64,000 nt of DNA from Chlorokybus atmophyticus (lineage: Eukaryota; Plantae; Mesostigma and Chlorokybus algae), in contig RHPI01003009.1 in the NCBI GenBank assembly GCA_009103225.1, positions 210,091-274,090 on the forward strand, in the 5' to 3' direction. Each line of letters opens with the position of its first letter. Position 1 is the first letter of the stretch. Of the stretch, positions 10,592-23,556 are shown in pieces. The notes under the pieces are model-generated. The model saw only the letters and a list, made by a program, of their open reading frames with translations, had not been told where the DNA came from and searched no databases. The translations under genes were made by a program, and so were the position numbers.

Positions 10592-13500
10592 ATGGCGGGG
10601 TCGGGTGCGGGTGCGGGAGCGGGAGCCGCCCCGTCCGTGCACTGCCGCTACTGCGTTTGGGATGAGGCGGAGCGCATGGTGGTGCAGCCAACAAACGCCA
10701 CGTCCTCAGCGTCCGCCTCGTCCATCTCCTCCGCGGCAAGCTACCTGCTCGCCGTCGACCGAGCAGACGGACACATCTCGCTCATACCGAGTGAGTGTGT
10801 CATCCGTCAGCGAGTCGCACTGTGTGCTGCTCTGTTGATGGTTGTTTGGCGTGTTACAGACACGGGGGATCTGCGCTTGGGTGCTGCAAAGGACGACGCT
10901 TCGTCCACAACAACGACGACGACCATCACACAGCCGCCGCTCACCATCTTCGGCATCATCGGCATCATCCGTCTCTTGGCGGGTGCGTGGCGGTGCATGC
11001 GTGTTAGTGTTGCGCGAGCATGCGCACGGTGCGCTGTGCTCGTGTTGATCGGGTAGTGTTGCGTGCGTGCAGGTCCGTACTTGCTTGTGATCACGGGTCG
11101 GGAGCAGGTCGGCACGCTGCGCGGTGACGCCGTGTACCGCATCACCAAGGCCAAGATCGTCCCGTGCAGCCCGGGACAGATGGACACACTATCGCCAGCA
11201 CAGGCAAGTGGGCTTACGCAGGTTCCTTGTTGTTGTTGCCATGTGCATTGTGTTTCTGAACATGCGTGTTCTTATTCTTGTCACAGAGGCGTGATGAGGG
11301 TAGGTACCTGTCGATGGTTCAGTACAGCTTGAGCAGCCCGTACCTCTACTTCTCGTACCACGGAGACATCACGCTGCAGTAAGTGGTAGTGGTAGCAAGA
11401 TGCTGTCTGACCTGGTCAAGTGCGTGGCATGGCGTGGCCTTTGGCTGAGAGCTACTGTTGTGTTGACTTTGGCAGCACGGCTGCGGCGGAGGCCGCTGTG
11501 CAGCGCGCCGGAGACAAGCCCATCTGGCAGAGGGTGAGGGCCTGTAACCCGCCTCTCTTGGTTGGTTGTCGCTTCTCGCCTTAGTTGATGACGAGAGCGA
11601 TAGTGATATGCGGTGTTGCGTGTCTAGGCCGACGAGCGCTTCTTCTGGAACTGGTTCCTGGTGCAGCCGCTCATCCAACAGCAGGGGGTAAGTGTGCACT
11701 GACACGCAGGGACGCCGCTGGCAGCGTGTGAACTGAACCACCATGCGTGTCACTCACACTCGCAGTTGGACGCCTTCATACTCCCCATTCTTTATGGCAA
11801 TATCCTCTTCCACGCGCAGCTCCATTGCTTGTTGAGTTGCGCGTGCGTGTGCTTGTGCGATTGCGTACACGAGGGAGTGTGTGACACCCTTGACTTTGCA
11901 TGACGTCAGCACGCGTTCAGTTTGCGAGCACGACCGTCAAGGGGTTGCCCCTGGCGATGGCGCTGCTGTCCAGGAGAAGCACGCACAGGATAGGGATGCG
12001 TCTCTGGCGTCGCGGCATCGACGCGGAGGGCGACGTGGCCAACTTTGTGGAGACGGAGCAGCTCATCAACGTCAACGGCATGACGGCGTCCTACGTCCAG
12101 GCAAGCTCGCACCCCGCACGCGCGAGGCGTTGCTGAGACTGCTTCACAATGGGTTGGAGTATGACGTGTGCGTGTCGTCGTGCGCAGGTGCGCGGGTCCA
12201 TACCGCTGGTGTGGATGCAAGCGCCCAACCTCAAGTACAAGCCCACGTACAAGGCCGAGTTGGGCGAAAGCACCGTGAGTTGTGTTGTTGTCTGACGCAC
12301 ACTGTCGAATAAATAATAGCATCGCCACCGCTGTCGTGTGGCTTTGGTTGACGCACGCACGCACGCCTACCTCTGCCTAGGTGGTTGCCCTCAGGAAGCA
12401 CATCAACGCCCTCGTGGACAAGTATTCCAACATCGTGCTCGTTGACCTCGTCAACCAGGTGAGCAACGATTCGTCACTTGTTGTCGTCTGCTATGCTGTT
12501 GCGCGAGACACTGACTGCAAGTGATGTTGCGTAGCACGGCAGCGAGAACATGCTCGGCGCCGTGTTTGCGAAAGAGCTCGCGGCGCTCAACCAACCAACA
12601 GCACAGTGAGCCAACATGCATGCACCAAATCATATGCTACACATTGCTTGCATGCCGACCTTATTATTGTTGGGCTTGATTGTGAATCTTGTCGATGTGG
12701 TGCGGTGATGACGATTGAAGTGGACAGGCATTGTCTGCAGGTATGTGCCTTTCGATTACCACCATAATGTTGGTCTGGCGGGCTTCGCCAAGCTCAACAA
12801 GCTCTATGCTCTTCTCGAGCAGAACTTCACCAAGTTCGGGTACGGGCTGTTGCCAAAGCGAGTTGCAGTCGATGCTGTCGTTGTTGGTGCTACGTGGTTG
12901 CCAACACTATGGGTGTGTGGTGGCAGTTTCTACCTGGCTGACTCGAACGGCAAGGCGCTGCGCGTGCAGAGCGGCGTCATCCGCTCCAACTGCATCGACT
13001 GTCTCGACCGAACCAATGTCGTGCAGGTGCGTGCAATTGGAACGCTTGCACACGCGCGCCCGTGCGCACCCACATGCATGCGCATAGATACATGTGCGCA
13101 CGCTTGCGCATGCATGCTTGCACACACGCACGCATCCGTCTACCCACCCAATCACCAAACTTTGCGTGCAGAGCTACTTTGCTTACAAGGCTTTGGAGCA
13201 GCAGCTCGTTGCCGCGCGCGTCTTTGAGCCGGGTGAAACCGTCGAGCAGCACGCGGGCCTCAGCGTACTTTTTAAGAACGGTAAGCAATACATCCATCCG
13301 TCCGGTCATCATCATCATCTCGTGCGGTCTTTTGAGAAAGTGGTCGTCACGCAGTGTGGGCTGACCACGGCGACGCCATCAGCATGCAGTACACCGGCAC
13401 CGGCGCGCTCAAAGGGGACGTCACAAGGTGAGTTTGTTGGTCTCACCAGCAGCACGACATGCGTGCGCGCGTTGCACATGGTGATAATCAGAGTTTCACT

Positions 13501-14294
13501 CTTGTGCCACGTGCAGGACGGGCGTGCGGACGCTGCAGGGTGCCGTGAACGATGGCGTGAACGCGCTGTCCAGATACTATCTCAACAACTTCTGCGACGG
13601 CTTCCGCCAGGTACATTGGCATCCTCTGTCTGTGCATAAACCACAGTGCGTCCATAGCAATGGTGTATGCTTGAAGCAGTAGTGAACAAAGTAGGAAAAG
13701 CGTGTGGAGGTTGTATCGTGTAATCGACGTGCTCTTTCTGTTGCAGGACTCGTGCGAGCTGGTGACGGGTAAGTACTTACCGGACCCAAAGGCGCCCTCA
13801 CCTTTCGTCAAGAAGGGCATTGAGCACCTGGCGGTGAGTCAACAGCCAGGCGTGCAGTACGCATACAATACACCTTCTTGCATGCGTGGCTATGCTGTGA
13901 GCAGTCCAGTTTGCGGATGAAATATACCGCATTCGGGTTGTTTTGTGCCCCGACTGACATGGGTGGCTGGGTTTGTTGTGTCAGTCGCCGATGATCGTGC
14001 CAATCGCGGCGGTTGCGGGAGTGTGGATGACGGTCATGGCGCTCGCCAGTGCCGGTAAGCGTGTTGGGAATGATGTTTGCATGCGTACACTTGCGGCGCG
14101 CCTGCCATGGCAGGGTTCTTGTTGATGCGCGTGAGTTATCTCTCCTTCTCTCTGCAGTTGCGTCGAGCGAAGCGCATGCTTACCTGAGTGCATTCTTGTG
14201 GGCATTGTTGGCCGCCGTGGCCGTTGCTGTCATGAAAAAGCACGGTCGCGAGCTTGTGGACAAACCGCGATTGAACCGCACGCAAAAGCGCTAG
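10592..14294 (+). CDS. SAC1: SAC1-type phosphoinositide phosphatase with C-terminal TM helices (multi-exon)
   Basis: [34 protein letters not shown]|VRGSIP, catalytic CIDCLDRT (CX5RT), [33 protein letters not shown], two hydrophobic C-terminal segments. Confidence 0.93.
11800..11912 (+). other. U12-type AT-AC intron in SAC1
   Basis: 5' end ATATCCTCTT, branch site CCTTGAC (11888-11894), 3' end CAC. Removing it gives [18 protein letters not shown] in frame. Confidence 0.85.
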
Positions 14295-15113
14295 CCAACA
14301 CACTGGCGATTTTATGTGTTTGAGTCGTGGGTTATAGCTGGCATATGCAAACGGACTTGCTGTGTACAGTAGGTAGTGCGCCTTGTGTTGTTGTGTGTAT
14401 CATGGTGTCGTGATTGGGCGTATGGTGTGGGAACAGGTCGGCGGCATCTGTGGAAGTCTGTCGCGTTCTGGCTGTTTGTGCGGCGCCACGGGAAGAACCT
14501 TGTGGTCAAGCCATGGCTGCGGCGATAGGGCGGGTTATCCATTGGCAGCCAACATGCCAATGCAACAACTGCACAAATGCAATTGCGCAATGTTGTGCAT
14601 GGTACAGCACATGCCGTGTGCAAGCATACCCACATCAACATTGATGTCAGGGGCATGATTTGCAGTTTTTGAGTACAGTATAGATAGGCCCGGGGTATCC
14701 GTAGATCACAAGTATCTGCACTAGTAGCACAAGTTACATATCCAGTAACATACACGAGCTATGCACAATGGTGTCCTGCTGCTGGTAGCAATGGAGTGCA
14801 GGGTTGGCTATATGTTGTCACCATTGAGACTGCCTGGCACAACACTGTAGGCGATTGCAGTGTTATTTGCAAATCGGTTGCAACTGGTTGCCTCCTGTTT
14901 TGCGCCTGGTTAAACACCAGCATACGTACCCAATGCACACCCCGGCATTGCTTGCTCCATGTACAGTCTGAGTTGCCACGGACAGCACGAACAACATAGT
15001 ATACTAGGTAACCCTAGGGTAGGTCAGCTGCATCATACTTGTGAGCAGAACACTCGCACAGCAACGGCAGCAATGTACAATACAAAGGGGGAGAAGGTGC
15101 TATATCGGGCCTG

Positions 15114-18100
15114 TTAGGTGGTGAGGATGTCGGGGAGGTTGGTGCTTGCGCCCGCGATCTTGCCTCCAATGTCGGGGAACTCTGAGCATCCATCGAGATC
15201 GCGAACGGTGCCGTCCTGCTCCACCTTCATGGGGTACGGGATGAGGTGGGCCGTCATCTCGGTCACCTCCGGCGCCATGAACTTGCGCCAGTTCTCCTGC
15301 GCCAGCGCGTTCACACGCCTCACGCACTCCACGCTGCCAGGCCGCTGGAACACGTCCTCCACGGCGCCCATGTGCTCCGCCCACAGCGACAATCGGAAAC
15401 CGTGCACAGCCCCCGTACCCAACTGCAATGACACAGAACGCTCAGTACTCAACCACGCTTGTACACAACGTTGACACAACATTGGGTTCGTGCTTGAGTG
15501 TGCGACGCACCTGTTGACCCTTGCCCATGTGGTGCGGTTGGAAGGCGCCGACGGCAATCTCGGTGTCGCGCACGGCCGCCATCGACCGCATGTTGATGTT
15601 GGCGCTGCCCACGATCGCGTACTCGTCGTCCACAATCATGTGCTTCGAGTGAATGTAGATCTGCGCGCATCATCGGGATGAGAAATAAACCTTTTGCTCA
15701 CTCCATGCAGCGTACTCACCATGAAGCGTCGGCTTTGGCTGAGTGCCTTCTCGGCTCCCTCCGCGGGCGGCTTGTCGGTGAGGATGGGGGAGCCTTCCGT
15801 TGTTTCTCTGTTCGCAAGGCAGAAGAAGTTGAGGTAGTCTTGAGGATGCTCGTTTGCGCGGTTGTTGTTCCTGCAAGGAAAACGCAACGACTGGTTTGAT
15901 GGAGAAGATGACACCAGGGGGATGCGAAAGAAAGAAACCAACTCTAGTACCTGAGTGCCCTGGCGATGGCCTTGTACATGGCCTGCATGGTGAGCCTCTG
16001 CATCCAAAGGATTTCCTGCACTGAGTCCGAGTTCTGCACAAATAAAACAGCAAATCAGTGTTCACATCCACATGGAGAGAGAGAGAGGGAGAAATATGCT
16101 GGCACGCACGGGGAAGCCTTCTGAGAACATGGGGATGTTGATGTAGGTGGCAAAGCGTTCTCCGCGGTTGATCTTGGAGACGATCTTGTTGGATATCTCC
16201 GCGGGAATGAGGTGCGAGCATCCGATGAACGAGGGCGTCTCCCAGAACTGCGAGCTGCCAAGGAAGTACTGGTTCTCAATGTAGATGAAGTCTCTCGCGC
16301 GTCGGATCTGGTGCACGTAGGCCTTGTGTATGGAGTTGTCGACGCCGCGTCCCTTCTTTCGCCAGATGGCGGGGGGCTTGACGGCGGGGTCGAAGGCGGC
16401 GCTGCGCTCGTCGATGGAGCGGAAGAGCTGCGCGTGCCACGTGTCGTTGTCGCCCTCGCTGGTGACGGCCTCGTCGGCGTCGGTGATGGTGAAGAGTGCG
16501 GGGTTGAGCTCCAGCAGCATGTTGGTCTTGGGCTTGGCCTGCTGTCGCCACCGCTCCTCAAAGTTCTGCAGCACGTCGCGCGCGGCGCCGCCCTCGAGCT
16601 GGCAGTGGATGTCGTGCCAGGGCTGTCGCGGCCCGTGCGCTTGGCTGACGGTGCAGCAGTGCTGCATGAAGTCGTCCTTGTGCACGCTGTCGCGCGTGCG
16701 GAAGAGGCTGTGCTCGGCCGTGTCGTAGCGACCGTCGCAGAGATCGATGCCGCCGATGAAGGCCTTCAGGCGCCGCTTCTGCCCGGCTGCCTGGCTCCCC
16801 GCCACGCGCGCCACGCCCGGCGCGTCCACCACAACAATTTTCTGAAATACCATGATGGAAATAAAGTCAGTACCTAAGTGCATGCACACGCGAGCGCAAG
16901 CAGTTGTATATGTACGCATGCACCAAGCGCCCACACACGTGCGCTGATATGCATGCACACCGCACATGCATACCTGATGGTGCGTGAAGATGCTGCTGAC
17001 TGCGGCGCCCTTGAGCAGCGAGTTCTGCGGCCCGCCCTCACGCGCCACCAGCTGGCACTCCACGCCCGTGCCGATGAAGTGCGCGAGCGTGTCCTCGTCG
17101 TGCACGGCCATCACGCCCGCGGTGCGCACGAAGGGCAGCGACACGGATGTGCTGTCGTTCCACACGAGCATGAGCACGCGGCACCCCTGCGCCGCCTTCT
17201 TCTTCAACAGATCACCAAGGTTCATGTGGCCCGGCTCGTCGCGCACCAGCACCACCGGCGTGAACACGCTCCACCCCGCGACATACACCATCTTCTCTGC
17301 GGCCAGGATGGCGGCCTCGATGTCGCGCCAACACTGCCCGTGTGGGTAAATGGACCCGTCGGGTAGGCGTATCTCGGGTAGGAGTCCATCAGGTTGGTGC
17401 GCGTCCTGGTACAGTGAGAGCGCGCAGCCCTTGCGCAGCGGGAAGTACGCGTGCGGCACCTCGGGCGAGCCCAGCGACGAGTCCTTCTCCACGGGCGTGT
17501 ACGTGAGAGACACGCGGATCTTGCCAAGGTGGTATTTCGTCACCTTGCCGTTGCCCTTCTCGGCGCGCAGGTCGAACCAGCCGCTCACGGTGCCCTTGCC
17601 AACGAGTGCTTCTGTCGGCACGCTCGTCATGCCAATCCACTGCACGCCCACCGTGTCCTTGTCCTGCACGCGGAATTTCACGTCCGGCACGTCGTGGCAC
17701 ACATCGATCAGGAACTCCTCCTCCCATACGGGGTCGAGGTTGTTGTTAACCGTCGCCGTCTTGGCCACGCGATCGGGACCCAAGTACACATTGGCATACG
17801 GGTCCGACACGTCTCCGCAGCACGAACCGCACGCCTTGCCGAAACACCAAGCCAAAGGATTCACGCCGCAACTGACCAAGGAGTAACACATCCAATACAT
17901 TACAGACAGCAGGGTGAAGCTTAGGTGCGATTGCAATGACCGAAGAACTGGAACCTGCCACCAGCTAGCAGACAGCGCACTACTATGTATGGACAGCTAA
18001 TGCACGAAGGGGAGGAGTTTGTATACGACAAGTTGTATCAAACACACTCCAGCTAGATTGCATACACACGCATGTTGTTGAGGAGTGAGCCATGAAGATG

Positions 18101-18657
18101 GCGACCAAAGACGATTCGCTTAGATTGCACTGTCGGACTTAACGCTGATGTACTGCGCATGGGTAGGTTGGAGAATGCACGCTACACCAGCTCGAGCTCT
18201 GAGGCACAACCAGGGGAGGGAGGGGAGTGACTTCTCTGCCGGCTTGTCATCGTCTCTGCCGGATTGAACTCTGTATGCTACTTAGAGAGTGACCACTGCC
18301 GCTTTTGGAAAGGCGGGTTATTATTTATCCAAACGAGTTGGGCGTGCTCTTATGACGAACGTGAGTGGCGTAGCCACGAAGAGTAACATGGCCGGAGTCA
18401 CTCTTGTGTGAGTAACTGAGAAAGAGCGCATTTTGTCCGTTCCGCGGTGGCGCCGTCGAGAGCATGCCTGTTGCTGCTGCTTGTGCGTGCAAACGGACGG
18501 CGGCGTACCTTCCTAGCGAGTCTGTGTTGAGTAGGTCTTTTGCCTCGTGCACGACAATGTCGAGCCTCCCATGCATGAACACCATGGCTCCGCTGCCGCC
18601 GCGGCACCCCGCCGCCGCCTCGGGCTGCTCGTCCTCGCCTCCCGCCCCCGCTGGCAT
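15114..18657 (-). CDS. PLD: plant-type C2-domain phospholipase D (PLD alpha/delta-like); start is 18657 or 18585
   Basis: C2 domain ([14 protein letters not shown]...SDPY), HKD1 HHQ|[18 protein letters not shown]2 HSKHMIVDD...GSANIN, and C-terminal [10 protein letters not shown]...LPDILTT-stop. Confidence 0.95.
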
Positions 18658-19038
18658 CCCCTGGTGTAGACCGCCTGGACGTACGCACCTCTCAGTAACG
18701 GGAACGAATATGTTCTGTCATGTATAAAGGTATTGACTTTCGGTGTGGAGAGATCTGTGCCTGGGGTGTCGGCAGGCCCACCGCTCCGCCAAAGGCGACG
18801 AGCACACAAACCCTAAACACCTCGGCCCAATGATGAGTGAAGGCAAAGCCGGGGGACCGCATCCCATGCATTGGTTGCGCGACTTCCAGCGTTTCGCTCC
18901 ATGAGCGGCGAATTCCCGGCAATGCGGCGAGCGAAGGCTCCGCAGCGGCGACCAGCGTCTGTGTGTGCGCGTCCGGGACGGCTTCTCTTCTACTCCCTCT
19001 CTGTTTTGCAAAGGGTGCTAGGACGGCTTCACAGGCCT

Positions 19039-19071
<33 letters not shown>
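19039..19071. repeat. (AGC)11 microsatellite between the divergent PLD and MFS genes
   Basis: Direct reading. Confidence 0.95.
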
Positions 19072-19261
19072 TTGGGAAGCATAGTGCTGAGACAGGCAAT
19101 GCTCCATGTTGTCCAGCCAGCTGCTTGATGCTGCTGTGGCGCCCAATGCAACCTTCGCTGACACACGCAATCCTCAGTCGCCTGCGAGTTGGACATCAGG
19201 CAGACGGATGTGAGGTCCACAGCTGCGGCGTGCGAGGGTGAGTGGTTGAGGTTGGCGCCTG

Positions 19262-22026
19262 ATGGCCTGGGGGGGTCGTTGGTGGACGTGGGAGGCACGA
19301 CTGGCGCTGGCGTACAGCGGACTCCTACTGTTGCTGGGAGCAGGCATCAACATTGTCGGACCGACCATCAGCGCGCTTTCACAACAGGTCGGAAACGGCA
19401 ACACGTCATGCTGTATGCCCATCAACAATAGCAGATTGAAAAAAACAGAATCCGTCGCCTCACAATCATCAGCAACACATGCAAACAACACAGGTTTTGG
19501 GCTGCAGGGCTTGCTCATAGGTGCATGTGCAGGAATGTGAGAGCCTATCGCAATGTACAGTCTGATATTGCTATCAAGTCAAGTAGATGGTAGGAAGACA
19601 TGCCTCGCAGGTCATACCTAGCATGCTTAACATGGTTGACATACAACACAATAGCAGCGCCACGCCTGCGTGTTGGATGAGGCATGTGGTGTCAGCATTA
19701 GACTGTTCTCTCACATGTATGCTGCACCACAGCATTGCTTGCGACATGCACACACTCGAGTCGTTTGCTTTAAGACCACCTTGGTAATGGATGAACTGTG
19801 CTTTTGTAGTGTAGTCATGGCAAGACATCGAGGAAAAACGTTGCATATGCATTGCTGGAGGTTCGTTGCACGCTTAGTCTCGCCACATACTCTGTTGCTT
19901 GCATAGCGGTCAGTGCTGCTATCAGGTGCACTTGCATGTTTTCTGGCAAATAACCAGGCTGAGACTGGGCAGGCCTCTCCGCATTGTCATGCTGCAGCTT
20001 GTCGCCATGCTATGAGCGTAGAGATGGCACATGCTTGTCACATAGAAGACAGCACAGTATCGGTGTGCGTGCGTGTCATAGCTTCCAATAACAATGACGT
20101 CATGGTGCCCCACTGGCCTGCAGGTGCACCACGATGAGGAGGACCTCGGCATCATCTTCGTGACCAATGGCCTTGTCAGCGGCCTCACAGCACCGCTCGG
20201 CGGGTGAGAAGCAAGATTGCGCGTCGTTCATGTGCTCTAAGTTTGGACAAAATCTGAAGTTGCATGCTAGGTACCTCGTAGACCATGTGGCCGGCCACCC
20301 GCTGCTCGCTGGCGCAGTATGCATCCTCACCATCACGTTCGCGATCATCCCGTTGTGCACGACCCTTGTCGTGCTCACAATGGTGTACACGCTCTCAGGC
20401 AAGCTGCCACATGCACGTGTGCTTGTACATGCGCATGGGTGTGTGCGTGTGCTTGCATGCGCGCGCGTCGGTGTGACACCATGCAACGGTGCTCATGGCA
20501 GGCATTGCATTCACGGTGATCAACATAGCGTGCACGACATTTGTGACGTGGGTGTTTCACGAGAAGAGCGGCCCCTGGCTCAACTTGACGCACGCGTCCT
20601 ACGGTGTCGGCTCCATCCTTGCACCAATCTGCGTCGCAGGTGCAGTCCGCATAGCAACTGGAAAAGAGGCATCAGATAGAAGCTGTCTGCCTTACTGCTA
20701 TGGCTTTGCTGTACCTTGCGAGGCAGGCAACCGCGCTGTGTTTGGGCATGCGCTGTTTGCGTACCCCACTGTAGCGGTGCTTGCGGGGACGGCCGCGGCG
20801 TTGATGGCTCGCTTGCGAAGCCCCAAGCGGCCGCTGGACGACGACGGTGACGGCGAGGATGATGACGGTGGCGAGGTGAGGGGTGGCGGGGACGCCAGCA
20901 GCACCGAGCTGTTGGCTGAGCTGGAGGAACTCAACGGCAGCCCCCACAAGCAGCAGAGGCCTAGAAAGCTGCTGTGGTCCATCATTCTGCTGAGCCTGCC
21001 TCTTTATGCATTGACCGGTAGGCATGTGTGTGCTCTCATGCTAAGCATCAACCAGCATGGATGCTTAAAATGTGTGAGAGTGTCCATTCGGAGCAGCCGC
21101 CGACTTTGTCTTTGGGACGCTTTTGTGCCAGGGTGCACACAACCACCGACCCGCCTCATGCTTGCGCGCAGTGGGTTGTGACGTCGGTTACGGAGCGTGG
21201 CTCGCGACGTATGCGAGCGAGATCAACCGGCCGAACGCGGATCTGCTTACGAGTGCCTATTGGCTCTCCTTCACTGCTGCACGCCTCCTTGCGGTACGCG
21301 CAGCGCATGCAACTGTGGCATTCTATTGCGTGGAGTTCCTTGCAAACAAACACACGATCTTGGGAATGCTCAGTGTCAGAACTTACAAGAGCTAATCGTT
21401 GGCTATTGCAAATGGCAATGTTGCAGGTGCCAGTGGCTGTGTACGTCGGGCCCGGAAAGATCTTGCTGGGATCTCTTCCGTTGGCCATAGCCAGCCAGGT
21501 CCTGTTGCTGTACTTCCCGTCATCGGAGGCGTGCTTGTGGGTGGCGAGTGTCTGCTTTGGAGCGGGCCTGTCGACGGGCGTGGCCAACTCCGTGGCCCTG
21601 CTCAGGCAGCACAGCATGATATTCGGGTCAACCGTGGGCGTGCTCGTATTTGCGAGCAGCATTGGACGCATGCTCGTGCCCAGCACCGTCGCGCTGATAG
21701 CCACCCACACGCACCTGCGCATGCGCGCGCTGCCTCTCACCATGCTCGCCGCCTGTACGGCTCAGGTACTTCTCGTTGCTGCCATGCTGCTGTTGGCTCG
21801 TCGTCTATCCCGCGCTGAAGTGGACGAGTTCGAACCGGCATCGCAGCCATCTCAACCAGAGCCCTGTTGGCGGCGGGTGGGGCAGCGCAGCACTCAATCA
21901 CCCGGCCTCAAAGACAACAAGACCGGCTGTGATGAGGATGCAGCCGCGCCTGAGACAGCGTCCCTGCTGCAGTCTTCTGGTGTTGGGTCGCCCAGCTCCA
22001 GAACAGGCAGACGTGTAGAACTCTAG
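19262..22026 (+). CDS. MFS transporter (MFSD4/FucP-like), multi-exon
   Basis: Hydrophobic exons GPTISALSQQ|VHHDEEDLGIIF, WLNLTHASYGVGSILAP, VGCDVGYGAWLATYA, SAYWLSFTAARLLA, FGAGLS, FASSIGRMLVP. Start codon is uncertain. Confidence 0.8.
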
Positions 22027-22809
22027 GATGAAACCTGACAAGTGTGTGGCATGGCACCATTGACATTCCAATAACCCAAAGTGTACTCGGATGCAATGGC
22101 ATGCGCACGTCAATAGCCAACATGTGTATAACAATCGAAGATGGTGTTGCATGTGTTCACGTAATGGCACCTCGCTGACTTCGATACTCTTGTGCTGTAG
22201 GTCATGGGTTTCACAAAGTTTTCATCATTGCTGACGGTGTGTACTGAAAATTGAAGATGCCGCTGCGTGCAAGTCATAGCGCATGTGTTGATTGGTACGG
22301 CATACAAGCAAGACAGCGTGATCCGATATTGCCAATCGATTTAACACTCCTCCCGTCAAACAACCCTATTGCAGCCCCCCGGACCCTTTGATGATATCAT
22401 TCATGAATCCGTCAATTGTGTACAAGATGTTACTAACATGTTTATGCCACTATGGCAAGGTTATTGTTACAATTCGTATCATAACAACATAACAACATGC
22501 CAAACGCGAAGTTTCATGCCTAATAGTTCTCTGATAATTCTCAACTCGAAGGATACCAAAGAAACAAGTTACTTGTTATGATAGGTGTTGATACATCGGC
22601 CTCTGCTTATTCATATGATGTTATGACAAGGGTCCGGCCACTTAAGCCATAAAAGACCATGGTGGGATTTATATCTACCTCCAATTTTACGTATAACGCC
22701 CAACTCCATGGCTGCCGTAAAATACGAAGTGTTCATAATGCATTTGGGCGCTGAGCGCATATACGGGGCTATTGTCACCATCTGAAAATAAGCATGCTCT
22801 TCCGAACCG

Positions 22810-22915
22810 AGTACTTCGTAAAGTGGATGGGTTATGGTGAAGAGCATACCTCTATGAGCCAATCTCAAACTTGGAAAACTGTACCGCTAAGTTGGATAAG
22901 TTTAAAGAGTGAGCC
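22810..22915 (+). pseudogene. frameshifted chromodomain, likely remnant of a chromoviral integrase
   Basis: EYFVKWMGYGEEHT then, after a frameshift, EPISNLENCTAKLDKF. Confidence 0.6.
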
Positions 22916-23556
22916 TAGATCCACATGGGTGCCAATTGAAGGAGCTTATGCTCTTGAGGTTGTGCTCAGTTGCAAGTTGTTGCACAAACCGCAACTCGCA
23001 ACATGTGCAACACTCTTCTGTAATATAAGAACATGCGCGCACTGGTTTCTTAATATCAGAGTTGATTGTCACTCCCGTGACTTGCACTTGATTTACGTGT
23101 AACGGTTTAAAAGGGCTGGTCACCCTTATTGGCAATCCTTGTGCGAAACTTGTATTTAATCAATTTGCAACACAAAAGGTGCAATTCAAGTGGGGAGAAC
23201 TGCCACGTCCAAAGGATTGGCTAATGTCACTCTCAGTACCTTGCTTATGTAGTTAGTGAGAACGACTAAGTGAGCATTCTGTATAGTCATGGTGTGTGTA
23301 ATGATTGGCATACGTGCTCATGAAGTGAATTCTTATGCACTTGTATAAGGACCCAGCAGCTACATAAAGCACTGTCTACCGGTAAGTACAGGACTGGTCA
23401 GTGTTGTCGTGCCTGCCATGGTCGAGAGTCACGCTGTCTTGCGCACACTGCAGACGAGCGCTCATGCCGTGGGCATGCTGGTGCTGCACGCATCATTAGA
23501 GCAACACAAACAAAGACAACCCCCCAGACGTAGGCATAGGCTCGGGGATGAACCTA

